Source of the DNA: Candidatus Latescibacterota bacterium
GTDB taxonomy: Bacteria; Latescibacterota; UBA2968
Assembly: GCA_965208125.1 (NCBI GenBank)
Contig: OZ242320.1
Coordinates: forward strand, 736,001 to 800,000
Length of the DNA stretch: 64,000 nucleotides
Direction: 5' to 3'
Position numbers and translations under genes: made by a program. Below, piece after piece: positions 27,803 to 36,982 of the stretch (positions are counted from its first letter, which is position 1; each line of letters begins with the position of its first letter). The notes beneath the pieces were generated by a model, which was not told the origin of the DNA, did not search any database, and saw nothing but the letters and a program-made list of their open reading frames with translations.

Positions 27803-28459
27803 TTATCTGGACAATTGACGAACCACAGTCGCGATTTCTTCGGCGGTATGAGACGGGCGAAAAAAGAAACGCAAATCGCCGTTCTGGTCAACGAGATAGG
27901 TATAGAGGGAATGGTCGATAAGATACCCCGCCGCGGAATTCCGCTCCCCGATCTCATAATGGGCGGCATAGCGTTTGACCACCGCATCAATACTATCCTG
28001 CACCCCGGTAAGACCAATGGCTGGCACGTCAAAATGCGACAAATAAGACTTGAGCATTTGCGGGGAATCGCGCCCGGGATCAACACTGACAAAAAGCGTC
28101 CTGAGATCGCGTGCATCCTCGCCTAAAATCGTATAAGCACTCGCAAGCCGCGCCATCGTTTGAGGACATGCATCAGGACAACTCGCATAGCCAAAAAAGA
28201 GAAGAAACGGACGCTGTTGATCTGCCAAATGGAAAGAATTACCATCGTGGTCAACAAGCGTCAAATCGCCGCCAAAAGGATAAGGATCGGCAGAAAGGGT
28301 GAGATCGGGATCGGACTGCGGCACGCGCTCAAGCGGTTTACAAGCCATAAATAGCAACAGCAAAGTGCAAAGTACAAAGTGCAAAAAACCTCTCCAGTTC
28401 CCCCTTATCTCTTGCCATTTATCTGCGCCCATCTGCGCCCATCTGCGGATCGTATTCAT
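27803..28459 (-). CDS. SCO-family copper protein
   Basis: FFGYASCPDACP; VSVDPGRD; YLIDHS. Confidence 0.9.
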   Translation of the reverse strand: MNTIRRWAQMGADKWQEIRGNWRGFLHFVLCTLLLLFMACKPLERVPQSDPDLTLSADPYPFGGDLTLVDHDGNSFHLADQQRPFLLFFGYASCPDACPQTMARLASAYTILGEDARDLRTLFVSVDPGRDSPQMLKSYLSHFDVPAIGLTGVQDSIDAVVKRYAAHYEIGERNSAAGYLIDHSLYTYLVDQNGDLRFFFRPSHTAEEIATVVRQLSR

Positions 28460-28467
28460 CTGCGCCC
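28361..28467. repeat. Short tandem repeats at the 5' end of the SCO gene
   Basis: (CAAAGTR)x3 at 28361-28385; ATCTGCGCCC x2.7 at 28421-28447, plus one further copy near 28458. Confidence 0.7.
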
Positions 28468-28917
28468 TTCATTTCGAAAAGAAACAACAGGTGCCCGAAG
28501 CGTCTCCACATGACCATTTGCAAAAGTAAGCGTAAGCGCGAGAGAATCGCCCACAGCCAAATCGCGTCTGAGACCAATAAGCATAAGATGGTTACCCCCG
28601 GGTTGTAAAGTCGCTGAACCATCTTCTGGAATCGGCAAACGGTCAATTTTTTTCATCCGCATAATATTGCCATCAATCGTCATAACGTGAATCTCGGCCA
28701 CCTCAGCCGCAGGCGTAGAAGCGGAAACGAGCGCGGTTGCGGCACCGCGATTGTGAATAGCCAAATAAGCCGCAGTCATAGACTGTGGCGGAATATTCTG
28801 CCGCACCCAGGCGTTTTTAATGGACACAGAAGAAATATCCCGATCACTGCATCCCATCCCCAATAGAATGAGGGGAAAGAAAAATATCCCGCCCTTTATG
28901 AGAAATCGCAATCTCAT
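28456..28917 (-). CDS. Copper chaperone PCu(A)C
   Basis: AWVR..TAAYL; EIH...MRM; LQPGGNHLML. Confidence 0.9.
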   Translation of the reverse strand: MRLRFLIKGGIFFFPLILLGMGCSDRDISSVSIKNAWVRQNIPPQSMTAAYLAIHNRGAATALVSASTPAAEVAEIHVMTIDGNIMRMKKIDRLPIPEDGSATLQPGGNHLMLIGLRRDLAVGDSLALTLTFANGHVETLRAPVVSFRNEGRR

Positions 28918-29300
28918 TTCTGCAACGAAACAATAAAAATGGAAATAATCCTGCGTTCTTCTTCCGGGATTTGGGGATAGCCGGGCATACCCATGCCCCG
29001 TTCATTGAGCGCGCCTTTGAGGATCGTACGCGAAACAGCCTCAACCGAACGCCCGTATTTATAAACTTTGGGATCGTGAAAATCGCGTGGCCTTGGATTG
29101 AGAGTACGCGCGATCTGACCATTGCCATGGCCATTGCGACCATGGCAAACCGCGCACCCGTATTTTGTGTACAGAGCCTTTCCCCTTTCTATATCTGCCG
29201 CGGCAAACTGCGGTCTCTGAGGGGGTTCGGCTTTCTGTTCTGGTGAATTCTGGCAAGCCATCAAAATGACGCAGACAGTTGCGAGAAAGAGGCGAAACAT
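28914..29300 (-). CDS. Monoheme c-type cytochrome lipoprotein
   Basis: Lipobox LMAC; CAVCH; PRPRDF; distal MPGY. Confidence 0.88.
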   Translation of the reverse strand: MFRLFLATVCVILMACQNSPEQKAEPPQRPQFAAADIERGKALYTKYGCAVCHGRNGHGNGQIARTLNPRPRDFHDPKVYKYGRSVEAVSRTILKGALNERGMGMPGYPQIPEEERRIISIFIVSLQK

Positions 29301-30545
29301 AATGTCTCCCGATATAGTTGAGCGGCTGATGTACGTCAGGCCGGGCCGATAAGTCATACCACATCCAAAAGCCCCGCAAGAGAGACGGACTCTTCTACTC
29401 CCGCCTCACTGCGACATTCGCGAATAGTCCATTCGGTGCCCCCGAATTCGCGGTCACGATCTCCGGAAACCGATCACCGTTCAGATCGCCGACAGCCAAT
29501 CCGTACGTCGAGCAGTCCGCGCACCCAAAGCGAAACTCGTCGAACTCCGGGATCTCGCCGCCCCGGTTGAAGTACACCGCATTCTGCGCGCCCACGTTCG
29601 CCACGATAATATCCAGATCGCCGTCGAGATCCACGTCCGCCAGGCGGACCGCGTAACTCCGGTCGTCGGACCCGAACGGCAGGCTGCGCTCGAACCCTTC
29701 CGCCCCGTCGCCGAAGTACACTGCATTCGCCTCGCCGATGTTCGCCGACACGATATCCGGGTGGCCGTCGCCATCTACATCACCCACCGCCACGCCACGG
29801 GTCTCGTCACTGCCGGTTCCGTACCGGCTCACCCGCTCGAAGCTGCCTGCGTCGTTCCAGTGAACTGTGTTCGCGCCTCGGTTACGGTTGGCGAGCACAA
29901 GGTCCGGATCTCCGTCACCATCGAGGTCCGCAGCGGCGACATTGATCGTGGAGTCATCCCCGGTTCCGAACGGCGTTCCCTCGCCGAAGACCCCTGAACC
30001 ATCTCCATGGAAGATAAAGTTCTGGCGCCCCCGGTTCACAACCAGGATATCGGTGTGTCCGTCGGCGTCCAGATCGGCCAACGTCAGGCTCCGCGTCGAA
30101 CTCGGCGTGCCGAAGGTGGCCCCGGCCTTGAAGCGGCCCGCGCCATCGTTCAGAAAGACGAGGTTCCGCGTGCGGTCGTTCCCCACCGCGACATCCAGGT
30201 CGCCATCGCCGTCGAAATCGGCCAGCGGGACGGCATACGTGCTGGCCTCTTCATCCCCCAACCGCCGCGCGAGGGTGAAGGCGGCTCGCCCATCATTGAA
30301 GTAGATCCGGTTCTGCTCGGGCCAGTGGCGACCGTTGGCGACAACCACATCCAGTGTCCCGTCGCCGTTGACATCGCCCAGACTCAGCGAGGCCGTCAGT
30401 TCTCTGCCCGCGCCCAACGACCTGCGTGGCCGGAATGTCCGCTGAGAGGGTTCGGCTTTCTGCTCTGGCGGATTCTGGCAAGCCATCAAAATGACGCAGA
30501 CAGCCGCGAGAAAGAGACGAAACATAATGTCTCCCGATATAGTTG
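29217..30545. repeat. 104-bp direct repeat (29217-29320 and 30442-30545) containing RBS and lipoprotein signal
   Basis: 97/104 identical by hand alignment. Confidence 0.92.
29395..30525 (-). CDS. FG-GAP/VCBS-repeat beta-propeller lipoprotein
   Basis: Seven D.(N/D)GDG..D...AN-type repeats; signal MFRLFLAAVCVILMAC. Confidence 0.88.
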   Translation of the reverse strand: MFRLFLAAVCVILMACQNPPEQKAEPSQRTFRPRRSLGAGRELTASLSLGDVNGDGTLDVVVANGRHWPEQNRIYFNDGRAAFTLARRLGDEEASTYAVPLADFDGDGDLDVAVGNDRTRNLVFLNDGAGRFKAGATFGTPSSTRSLTLADLDADGHTDILVVNRGRQNFIFHGDGSGVFGEGTPFGTGDDSTINVAAADLDGDGDPDLVLANRNRGANTVHWNDAGSFERVSRYGTGSDETRGVAVGDVDGDGHPDIVSANIGEANAVYFGDGAEGFERSLPFGSDDRSYAVRLADVDLDGDLDIIVANVGAQNAVYFNRGGEIPEFDEFRFGCADCSTYGLAVGDLNGDRFPEIVTANSGAPNGLFANVAVRRE

Positions 30546-30583
30546 GCATGAATATACCCAAAACGCGGAACTTGAAAAAGCGA

Positions 30584-31621
30584 TCAGTCGCCTCTGCGAT
30601 TGGCCTGCGATTGTGGCGTGAGGTCAAACCACGTCTCGTGGCCCTGAAAAAAGCGATCGAGTTCATCGACCATAAGTTTGAAAAAGTGGGGATAATCATC
30701 GCCCGTATGGCCCGAAAAATGCGGACTTAAAAACACATTGGGAAGGTGAATAATCTCACTATCGGGGGGAATAGGTTCCGGATCAAAAACCTCGAGACCC
30801 GCGGTAATATCACCTCGCTTGAGGCGTTCGATCAGAGCATTGGAATCGACAATCGCGCCACGCGAAACATTGACAAAGGCCGACCCGGGTCGGATGAGAT
30901 CGAGTTCGCGTTTCCCAATCATACCTCTGGTGCGCGGTGTAAGCGGGGCAACACAGACAATAACATCGCATTCCGCAAAAATCTTATCCATCGAAGTCTG
31001 CGTAAAACCGACAATCTCGGCAATATCGCGGGACAAATACGGATCATAAACCCAGATATCCGTATTAAAAGGACACAAAAAAGAAATGAGACGGCGGCCC
31101 ATATGCCCACACCCAATAAAACCGACGCGCTTGCCGGTCAACATACCGCGCATGTCGCGATTTTTAGCGCCAATGGTATCGCCAGCGATAATGCGGCGAA
31201 AAGCCGCCCCCGCATTGCGCAACGCGATCAGGATAAGCGCGAGCGCCCATTCGGCAACCGGATAAGACGACCCCTGAGTCGTATCAACCGTGCGGATACC
31301 CCGTTCCCAGGCGGCATCGAGATCTATCCGCGCGGCAAAGCGATCGCCTTCCAATTCGCCAACCAGCTTCAAATTTGGCGCATTATCCATCACCTCAGCA
31401 TCAATCGTGGGGCACCCAGAGCACACGACAACAGCATCCGCATCCCCTATACAATCAACTAAACCCGCAATAGTTCCGGGATCGCGAGGAGCTTCATAAA
31501 TATTGCCACCCTCGCACTCAAACCAATCCCATGTGGCAAAGGTCTCGAGGCGGGCGAGTTCCTCCGGCGGAAAATAGCTATCGCGGATGCGCTTATTAGA
31601 CGCGAGAAGGACTTTTGGCAT
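30584..31621 (-). CDS. D-isomer-specific 2-hydroxyacid dehydrogenase
   Basis: GFIGCGHMG; FVNVSRG; VFDPEP; LSPH. Confidence 0.9.
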   Translation of the reverse strand: MPKVLLASNKRIRDSYFPPEELARLETFATWDWFECEGGNIYEAPRDPGTIAGLVDCIGDADAVVVCSGCPTIDAEVMDNAPNLKLVGELEGDRFAARIDLDAAWERGIRTVDTTQGSSYPVAEWALALILIALRNAGAAFRRIIAGDTIGAKNRDMRGMLTGKRVGFIGCGHMGRRLISFLCPFNTDIWVYDPYLSRDIAEIVGFTQTSMDKIFAECDVIVCVAPLTPRTRGMIGKRELDLIRPGSAFVNVSRGAIVDSNALIERLKRGDITAGLEVFDPEPIPPDSEIIHLPNVFLSPHFSGHTGDDYPHFFKLMVDELDRFFQGHETWFDLTPQSQANRRGD

Positions 31622-31659
31622 AACTAACCTCTTTTCGAATTGGATATTTTCTCATCTTC

Positions 31660-32511
31660 TCACTTCAACCCCTCACCCGGTATCCACTGTATCTCTATCG
31701 GCTCTGCCTCGCCATCATACGCGATTCTGAGCGGCTCCATCAGTGCCTGCAACTCTATAGACGATGACACAGCATCACTGTTATTACCTTCTGCCCGAGC
31801 GACCGTGGCCTGCGTGCGCTCGGGCAAAGCGACAAAGTCCGGATAGTACCACATCGTGAGCACAGTCCTGCGCTCATCTGTCTGATTCGCATGCGAAGCG
31901 TGTAACAGACTGCCATAACCCATCACGAGATCGCCGGCTTTAACGGGAACATCGATCTCGTCATCCACCCGAGAAAACCCCGGATCGTCCGGATTGGCAA
32001 ATGTTCTGAGTTCATCTGTATGGCTCGGAGAAATCTCGTCGTGTAAGGCATGGCGCTTGAGATGCGACCCCGGGACCACGCGCAAACACCCGTTTTGCGG
32101 CATCGTATCGGTCAAATAATACATCAAAAAACACTGAATGGGCTGCGTCGTATAGCTCACTGGATCATCCCAAAAACGACCATCTTCATGCCAGAACAGG
32201 GGTGGACTATGCGGCGGCTTGCTGATAATGCGTCCATGTCCAAACTTCGGTTCATCAAACCCGAGCTGTTTCAACGCATTGAGCGCATTGGGATGGGCGA
32301 TGAGTTCAGCCATCACCGGATACTGATACGCCATAGCCCAATCGATCATGACCATACTCCCGGTCGTGCGATGCATCTCAAAATGTTCCAGCTCCTGTTC
32401 GGAGAGCACATCATCGCTAAAGCGCTGCAATTGATCCACCAGGACAGAATCGAGAATATTCTCAAACACAAAGAACCCATCGCGGGCAAATTGTTCTCGT
32501 TTTGTAAACAA
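31660..32511 (-). CDS. Phytanoyl-CoA dioxygenase (PhyH) family protein
   Basis: WHED; NGCLRVVPGSH; LLHAS..N; TTG start after AGGAGG. Confidence 0.88.
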   Translation of the reverse strand: MFTKREQFARDGFFVFENILDSVLVDQLQRFSDDVLSEQELEHFEMHRTTGSMVMIDWAMAYQYPVMAELIAHPNALNALKQLGFDEPKFGHGRIISKPPHSPPLFWHEDGRFWDDPVSYTTQPIQCFLMYYLTDTMPQNGCLRVVPGSHLKRHALHDEISPSHTDELRTFANPDDPGFSRVDDEIDVPVKAGDLVMGYGSLLHASHANQTDERRTVLTMWYYPDFVALPERTQATVARAEGNNSDAVSSSIELQALMEPLRIAYDGEAEPIEIQWIPGEGLK

Positions 32512-32524
32512 GGCAAACCTCCTG

Positions 32525-33979
32525 CTAAATCCCGGGCAATGGAACGCTATCATCTGTCCGTATCTGCCATTGACGAATACGCTCAGTCAGGTCTCTAATA
32601 CGATCTCTGCATTTGGGATCGTCGAAATAATTGATAGTTTCACATGGATCGGTATTGAGATCATATAGTTCACACTGATCGTGCGCGCTGAGATTGAGTT
32701 TCCAGCGGTCGGCGGAAATAACAGATCGCCAGGGCGTACTCATAGCGGGATTGACCTCAGCCTCACCGGGACGCGGATGTCCATCGCTGCGGTTCCACTG
32801 AATAAAAACATCATTCTCCGACAATGTCGCATCGCCATCCAGCACGGACACGCGGCTCTCGCCTTGCAGATGACCGGGAATAGATTCACCCATCAAATCC
32901 AGAAGCGTAGGCACGAGATCAATATGTGAAATATTCCCCCCAATCATACGCTGCTGTCTGGACAGCCAGGGCACATGAATGAGAAGCGGCACCTTGACAG
33001 ACTCCTCGTACAAAACAGTCTTGCCCAAAATGCCGTGATCACCCACCATCTCGCCGTGATCGCTGGTAAACACAATAATCGTATTATCCGCCTGCCCACT
33101 CTCCTCAAGCGCAGCGAGAATCTTGCCAACAGAGCGATCAATCAACGTGACATTGCCATAATAGCGCGCGCGAACAGCACGCCAGCCCTCATCTGTGCGA
33201 AGATCGTAACCGTATTCTTCAGACTCCATATAATAAGCGGACAAAACGCGATTGAGAAGAGACGCATTAGCTGGCGGCTTCTGGCGAAACGCGGGACCAA
33301 CGGGAAGTCCTGAAGGATCGTAATAATCGTTTAATGGACCAGTATGCGGTGGATGCGGCTCCAGATAGGAAACGGCGAGCACAAAAGGATCATCGCCACA
33401 TGCGCGTATAAATTCGGCAGCGCGGTCGCCCTGGAAAGACGCCTTGGTAAACGGTTCATCCATACTCGCTTCAACATGGCGGGAAAAAACGTGCTGACCT
33501 TCGGATTCGGAATTGGGTTCAAAACCATTTTCCACGAGAAAGTGATGGTAGTCACTGCGGTATGCATGGCGTTCAGAACTCGAAAAAAAGCGACGATACG
33601 AATCCTCGGTACCAACCCATTCGGAAAAACCGTGCTGCGGAAAAATTTCATCGCCAAGATGCCACTTGCCATTATAACAACAGCGATAATCTGAAGACAC
33701 CATCTCCGCAATGGTTTGCACATCTCGAGGCAATGGCACATTGCACGCTGGCACGCGCGCGGTATGCGGGTAGAGACCACACAACATCGTGGCACGCGAG
33801 GGACTACACACGGGCTGGCTGACATAGGCATTCTCAAAGACAAAACTCTTATCCGCAAGCGCATTGAGATATGGCGTATCAATATGATCATTGCCATAAC
33901 ACCGCATCGTATCCGCGCGCTGTTGATCGGTAAAAATAAATAACAAATTCGGTTTTCTAAGAAATGAGTTCATCATCAA
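32525..33979 (-). CDS. Sulfatase (formylglycine-dependent)
   Basis: FTDQQR; CSPSRA; GKWHLG; TSDHG. Confidence 0.93.
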   Translation of the reverse strand: MMMNSFLRKPNLLFIFTDQQRADTMRCYGNDHIDTPYLNALADKSFVFENAYVSQPVCSPSRATMLCGLYPHTARVPACNVPLPRDVQTIAEMVSSDYRCCYNGKWHLGDEIFPQHGFSEWVGTEDSYRRFFSSSERHAYRSDYHHFLVENGFEPNSESEGQHVFSRHVEASMDEPFTKASFQGDRAAEFIRACGDDPFVLAVSYLEPHPPHTGPLNDYYDPSGLPVGPAFRQKPPANASLLNRVLSAYYMESEEYGYDLRTDEGWRAVRARYYGNVTLIDRSVGKILAALEESGQADNTIIVFTSDHGEMVGDHGILGKTVLYEESVKVPLLIHVPWLSRQQRMIGGNISHIDLVPTLLDLMGESIPGHLQGESRVSVLDGDATLSENDVFIQWNRSDGHPRPGEAEVNPAMSTPWRSVISADRWKLNLSAHDQCELYDLNTDPCETINYFDDPKCRDRIRDLTERIRQWQIRTDDSVPLPGI

Positions 33980-33985
33980 ACCTCC

Positions 33986-34047
33986 AGCAATCAGCGGTCA
34001 GCACTCAGCCCGCTCTACTCCCAATTCTCAATTTTTAATTTTTAATT
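33986..34047. repeat. Intergenic heptamer tandem repeats
   Basis: CAGCAAT-CAGCGGT-CAGCACT-CAGC, then AATTCTC-AATTTTT-AATTTTT-AATT. Confidence 0.6.
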
Positions 34048-35265
34048 CGTCAACCGCCACTGCGACCTGGGAATCACAACAGCGAGAACAGCGAGAACGA
34101 TACACCCCGCAATGGCAAAGACCGCGCAGTGCAAAAGCGTATGCGACAGCGCAACATCTGGACCTTCTGAAACACCGGCGAGAAGAGCAAGACAAAGAGA
34201 AAATGACAAACGCCCAATCAGACTCTGGATCGAAAGATACGTCGCGCGATGGTGTTGTTGCAAACGCGGAACGGTCGCCGCATTGAGAGGCGCAATCATA
34301 AGCGCGCGCGGCACAGATCGGAAAGCCAACAAAAGCGCAACAACAGGATGAAAAAAGACCCCCATCATTGCAATGAGAACAACCTGCACCCCTGCACTGA
34401 GCATAAGAGCTGACCGGGTGCCGAAATGATCGCGCAGGCGAATACTCTGTTTTGCAAACCACGCGGCAATACCCATCGTCAGCGCCGTGTGTAAACCCGT
34501 AAGCAACGGGGTGGAAGCCTGGGCACCGAGCAACTGGATATAGGGTTGATAAAATTCATAGGGAATATGGTTGATAACCGTCATAAAAACGGAAAACAAC
34601 ATCAACCACCCGAGCACGGGTTGGCCGAGATAAGCGAGACAGGCGCGAATCTGCGAAAAAAATCCCGAAGTCTGTCCTCCAGAAGCAGCATTGGACTCCC
34701 GGTCGGGTTCGGCAAATAACAAAACCAGCACAAAAGCCACACACGCCGTTAAAAAAGAAAAACCATAAGCGACGCGCAAAGCATAGATGGATCCTAATCC
34801 CCCCAGAAGCGCGGCACCTGCTGAAGCAATAAAAACATTCCGCGTAATGCGCGCTTCGCGCTGGGGATAGGCGTCTTCTCGCCCCAAACATTTGAGCAGA
34901 TCGTAGTGAAACGACGTATCCGTGCCAGATCGAAAGGCCATACTTGCAGCCAGCCCAATTTGCGCCAGCGCAAAAACGCCAAAAGACCCACCTGAAAAAA
35001 ACAGAGCATACGCAAAGATCGCTGAAACGGCAGAGATCAGAAGGGTCAGACGACGACCCAGGGTATCGGATAAATACCCGGAGGGCACTTCGAGAATAAC
35101 AACGGCGGCATAATAAATAGCTTCGAGACGCAGCACCTGCTCAATGGGCATGTGCTGGTTAAAATAGAGAAAAAAGACGGGCAACCAGAAATACGCCTGC
35201 GTTAAGGGGGCATAAATCGGATACAATCTAACGCTGCGGGTGAGTCCAGAATGTGACATCGTCAA
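34042..35265 (-). CDS. MFS transporter
   Basis: EVPSGYLSDTLGRR; SGTD; about 12 hydrophobic segments. Confidence 0.9.
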   Translation of the reverse strand: MTMSHSGLTRSVRLYPIYAPLTQAYFWLPVFFLYFNQHMPIEQVLRLEAIYYAAVVILEVPSGYLSDTLGRRLTLLISAVSAIFAYALFFSGGSFGVFALAQIGLAASMAFRSGTDTSFHYDLLKCLGREDAYPQREARITRNVFIASAGAALLGGLGSIYALRVAYGFSFLTACVAFVLVLLFAEPDRESNAASGGQTSGFFSQIRACLAYLGQPVLGWLMLFSVFMTVINHIPYEFYQPYIQLLGAQASTPLLTGLHTALTMGIAAWFAKQSIRLRDHFGTRSALMLSAGVQVVLIAMMGVFFHPVVALLLAFRSVPRALMIAPLNAATVPRLQQHHRATYLSIQSLIGRLSFSLCLALLAGVSEGPDVALSHTLLHCAVFAIAGCIVLAVLAVVIPRSQWRLTN

Positions 35266-35298
35266 TTGTCAAAAGCCATCCGCTCTGCGGATGATCGT

Positions 35299-35643
35299 TT
35301 ACTCATGCCTGAAACTGACCATAGCGCGGTTCACCGTTCTGAACGTTTGGAAGGCCGAAGCCAGAGACGTAACCATAAGAATGCTCTCGATTCTTCTGGT
35401 AATACCCACCAGACGCAAATCGCCACCTGCTGCCTTAACAGTCGCCAGAGATGCGGTGAGAACCCCGAGCATCGCACTGCCAAACCATCTGACAGCAGAA
35501 AAATCGACAATCACGCGATTGGTGCCACTTGCAACGAGTTGTTTGATGTGGTCGTGAAACGGCATAACATCAGGACCGTCCATCAGTTCACCTGTAAGGG
35601 TAATAATCGCGATATCGTCCTTGATTTCTTCCCTTAGATTCAT
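35299..35643 (-). CDS. STAS-domain anti-sigma factor antagonist
   Basis: IITLTGEL; VIVDFSAVRWFGSAMLG; GGDLRL. Confidence 0.88.
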   Translation of the reverse strand: MNLREEIKDDIAIITLTGELMDGPDVMPFHDHIKQLVASGTNRVIVDFSAVRWFGSAMLGVLTASLATVKAAGGDLRLVGITRRIESILMVTSLASAFQTFRTVNRAMVSFRHE

Positions 35644-35773
35644 AGCTACTTCCTTTGTTGAATGAGATTGGATATTCTTTGAATGCGATAACATAAGCCT
35701 CTTGCACCGATTTTACAACTATTTCTTAATCTACAAAAGGGACTGGCATGGAATTTGCAAGAGGAAAATATAA

Positions 35774-35810
35774 CAAAAAACGGGACACCTGAATCTGGTC
35801 CCGTTTTTTG
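35774..35810. terminator. Intrinsic terminator after the Gfo/Idh/MocA gene
   Basis: CAAAAAACGGGAC-loop-GTCCCGTTTTTTG. Confidence 0.8.
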
Positions 35811-35814
35811 CTTT

Positions 35815-36927
35815 TTAAGTCATCGGATCTCGTTTGAGCAAAGGCAGGGAATTGGGTGTGACGAGCACACCTCCATTTTCATAGGATTCAATCGCCGCCC
35901 ACGTGTATTCGAGGGCAGCGAGCGCATCGTGACCCGAAGCGCGGAGTTCTTCTCTGGGCACACCGTTGGTGACATCCTCGAGAAAAGCGTGGATGCGATT
36001 GGGAAAAGTGGAGCCAAAGTCAGTAATCCCCGTATCATCGACAATGGGATCGGGTGCGGCACCGTGCGACATATTCTCCGGCATAGGTGCTGTGCCAGGC
36101 GCGGGCCAAAAAGTGATTTTTTCAACGCAATTTTCAATACAAAAAGTCCCGCGCGTACCCGCCACTTCGACACTCCACCAGCCGCCCAGACCAAAAGTGA
36201 CATCGCCGCGCTGGCTCAGCAAATAACCCATCGCGCCGCTTTCAAAACGCACGTGAATGCTGTTGAGAGAAATCATGAGATCGCCCGCTTGCTTGCGAAA
36301 ACTGGGGCGGTCAAAAAATGCCTGCACATGCGTGATATTGCCGCAAAAATCGCGCATCACGCTGAAAGGATGTGTGAGAAAAGCCTTGACGTGAAAATAG
36401 GGATGTCCCCACGATTTAGGTCCTTTGCTCGGCTTATAAGTCGCTTCGCCGCCTGCAAAACCCATCTTGTGAATACAGTAAATCTGTTCGCCCACTTTGC
36501 CTTCTGCGATATATTCCCGCGCCTTGTCCGCAGGTTGAGAAAAATAATGGTTGAGATTGCAGCCGAGGTACAGATTTTGTTCTGCGGCATAAGCGACCAT
36601 ATCGCGGGCTTCATCAATATCGTTGGACAGGGGTTTTTCACACAAAACGTGCTTGCCAGCGGCGAGAACCTCCATCGTCGGTTCATAGTGCCAACTGCCA
36701 TTCTCATTTCCCCCAGTAGTAACATCGACAATATCCAGGTCTTCATTCTCCAACATATCTTTGAGACTATAATAAGCCCTGACCCCGTGTCTTTCCGCAG
36801 CCTTATCCGCGGACTCTTTGACAACATCACACACCGCAACGAGATCTGCAAGATCGTCTTCTGCATGACAGCCTGCATGCCGATTGCCAACACCACCCAT
36901 ACCAACAACGCCAACTTTAAGTGCCAT
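35815..36927 (-). CDS. Gfo/Idh/MocA oxidoreductase
   Basis: MALKVGVVGMGGVG; GKHVLCEKP; RBS GGAG. Confidence 0.9.
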   Translation of the reverse strand: MALKVGVVGMGGVGNRHAGCHAEDDLADLVAVCDVVKESADKAAERHGVRAYYSLKDMLENEDLDIVDVTTGGNENGSWHYEPTMEVLAAGKHVLCEKPLSNDIDEARDMVAYAAEQNLYLGCNLNHYFSQPADKAREYIAEGKVGEQIYCIHKMGFAGGEATYKPSKGPKSWGHPYFHVKAFLTHPFSVMRDFCGNITHVQAFFDRPSFRKQAGDLMISLNSIHVRFESGAMGYLLSQRGDVTFGLGGWWSVEVAGTRGTFCIENCVEKITFWPAPGTAPMPENMSHGAAPDPIVDDTGITDFGSTFPNRIHAFLEDVTNGVPREELRASGHDALAALEYTWAAIESYENGGVLVTPNSLPLLKRDPMT

Positions 36928-36982
36928 AAAACTATCTCCAAAAAGAGGTGAAAAAACCAAACGCGAATCGCGTAATCTAAAT

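Noticed and set aside
30526-30699. Long N-terminal extension of the FG-GAP ORF
   Set aside because: It overlaps the dehydrogenase gene; the RBS and lipoprotein signal place the start at 30525
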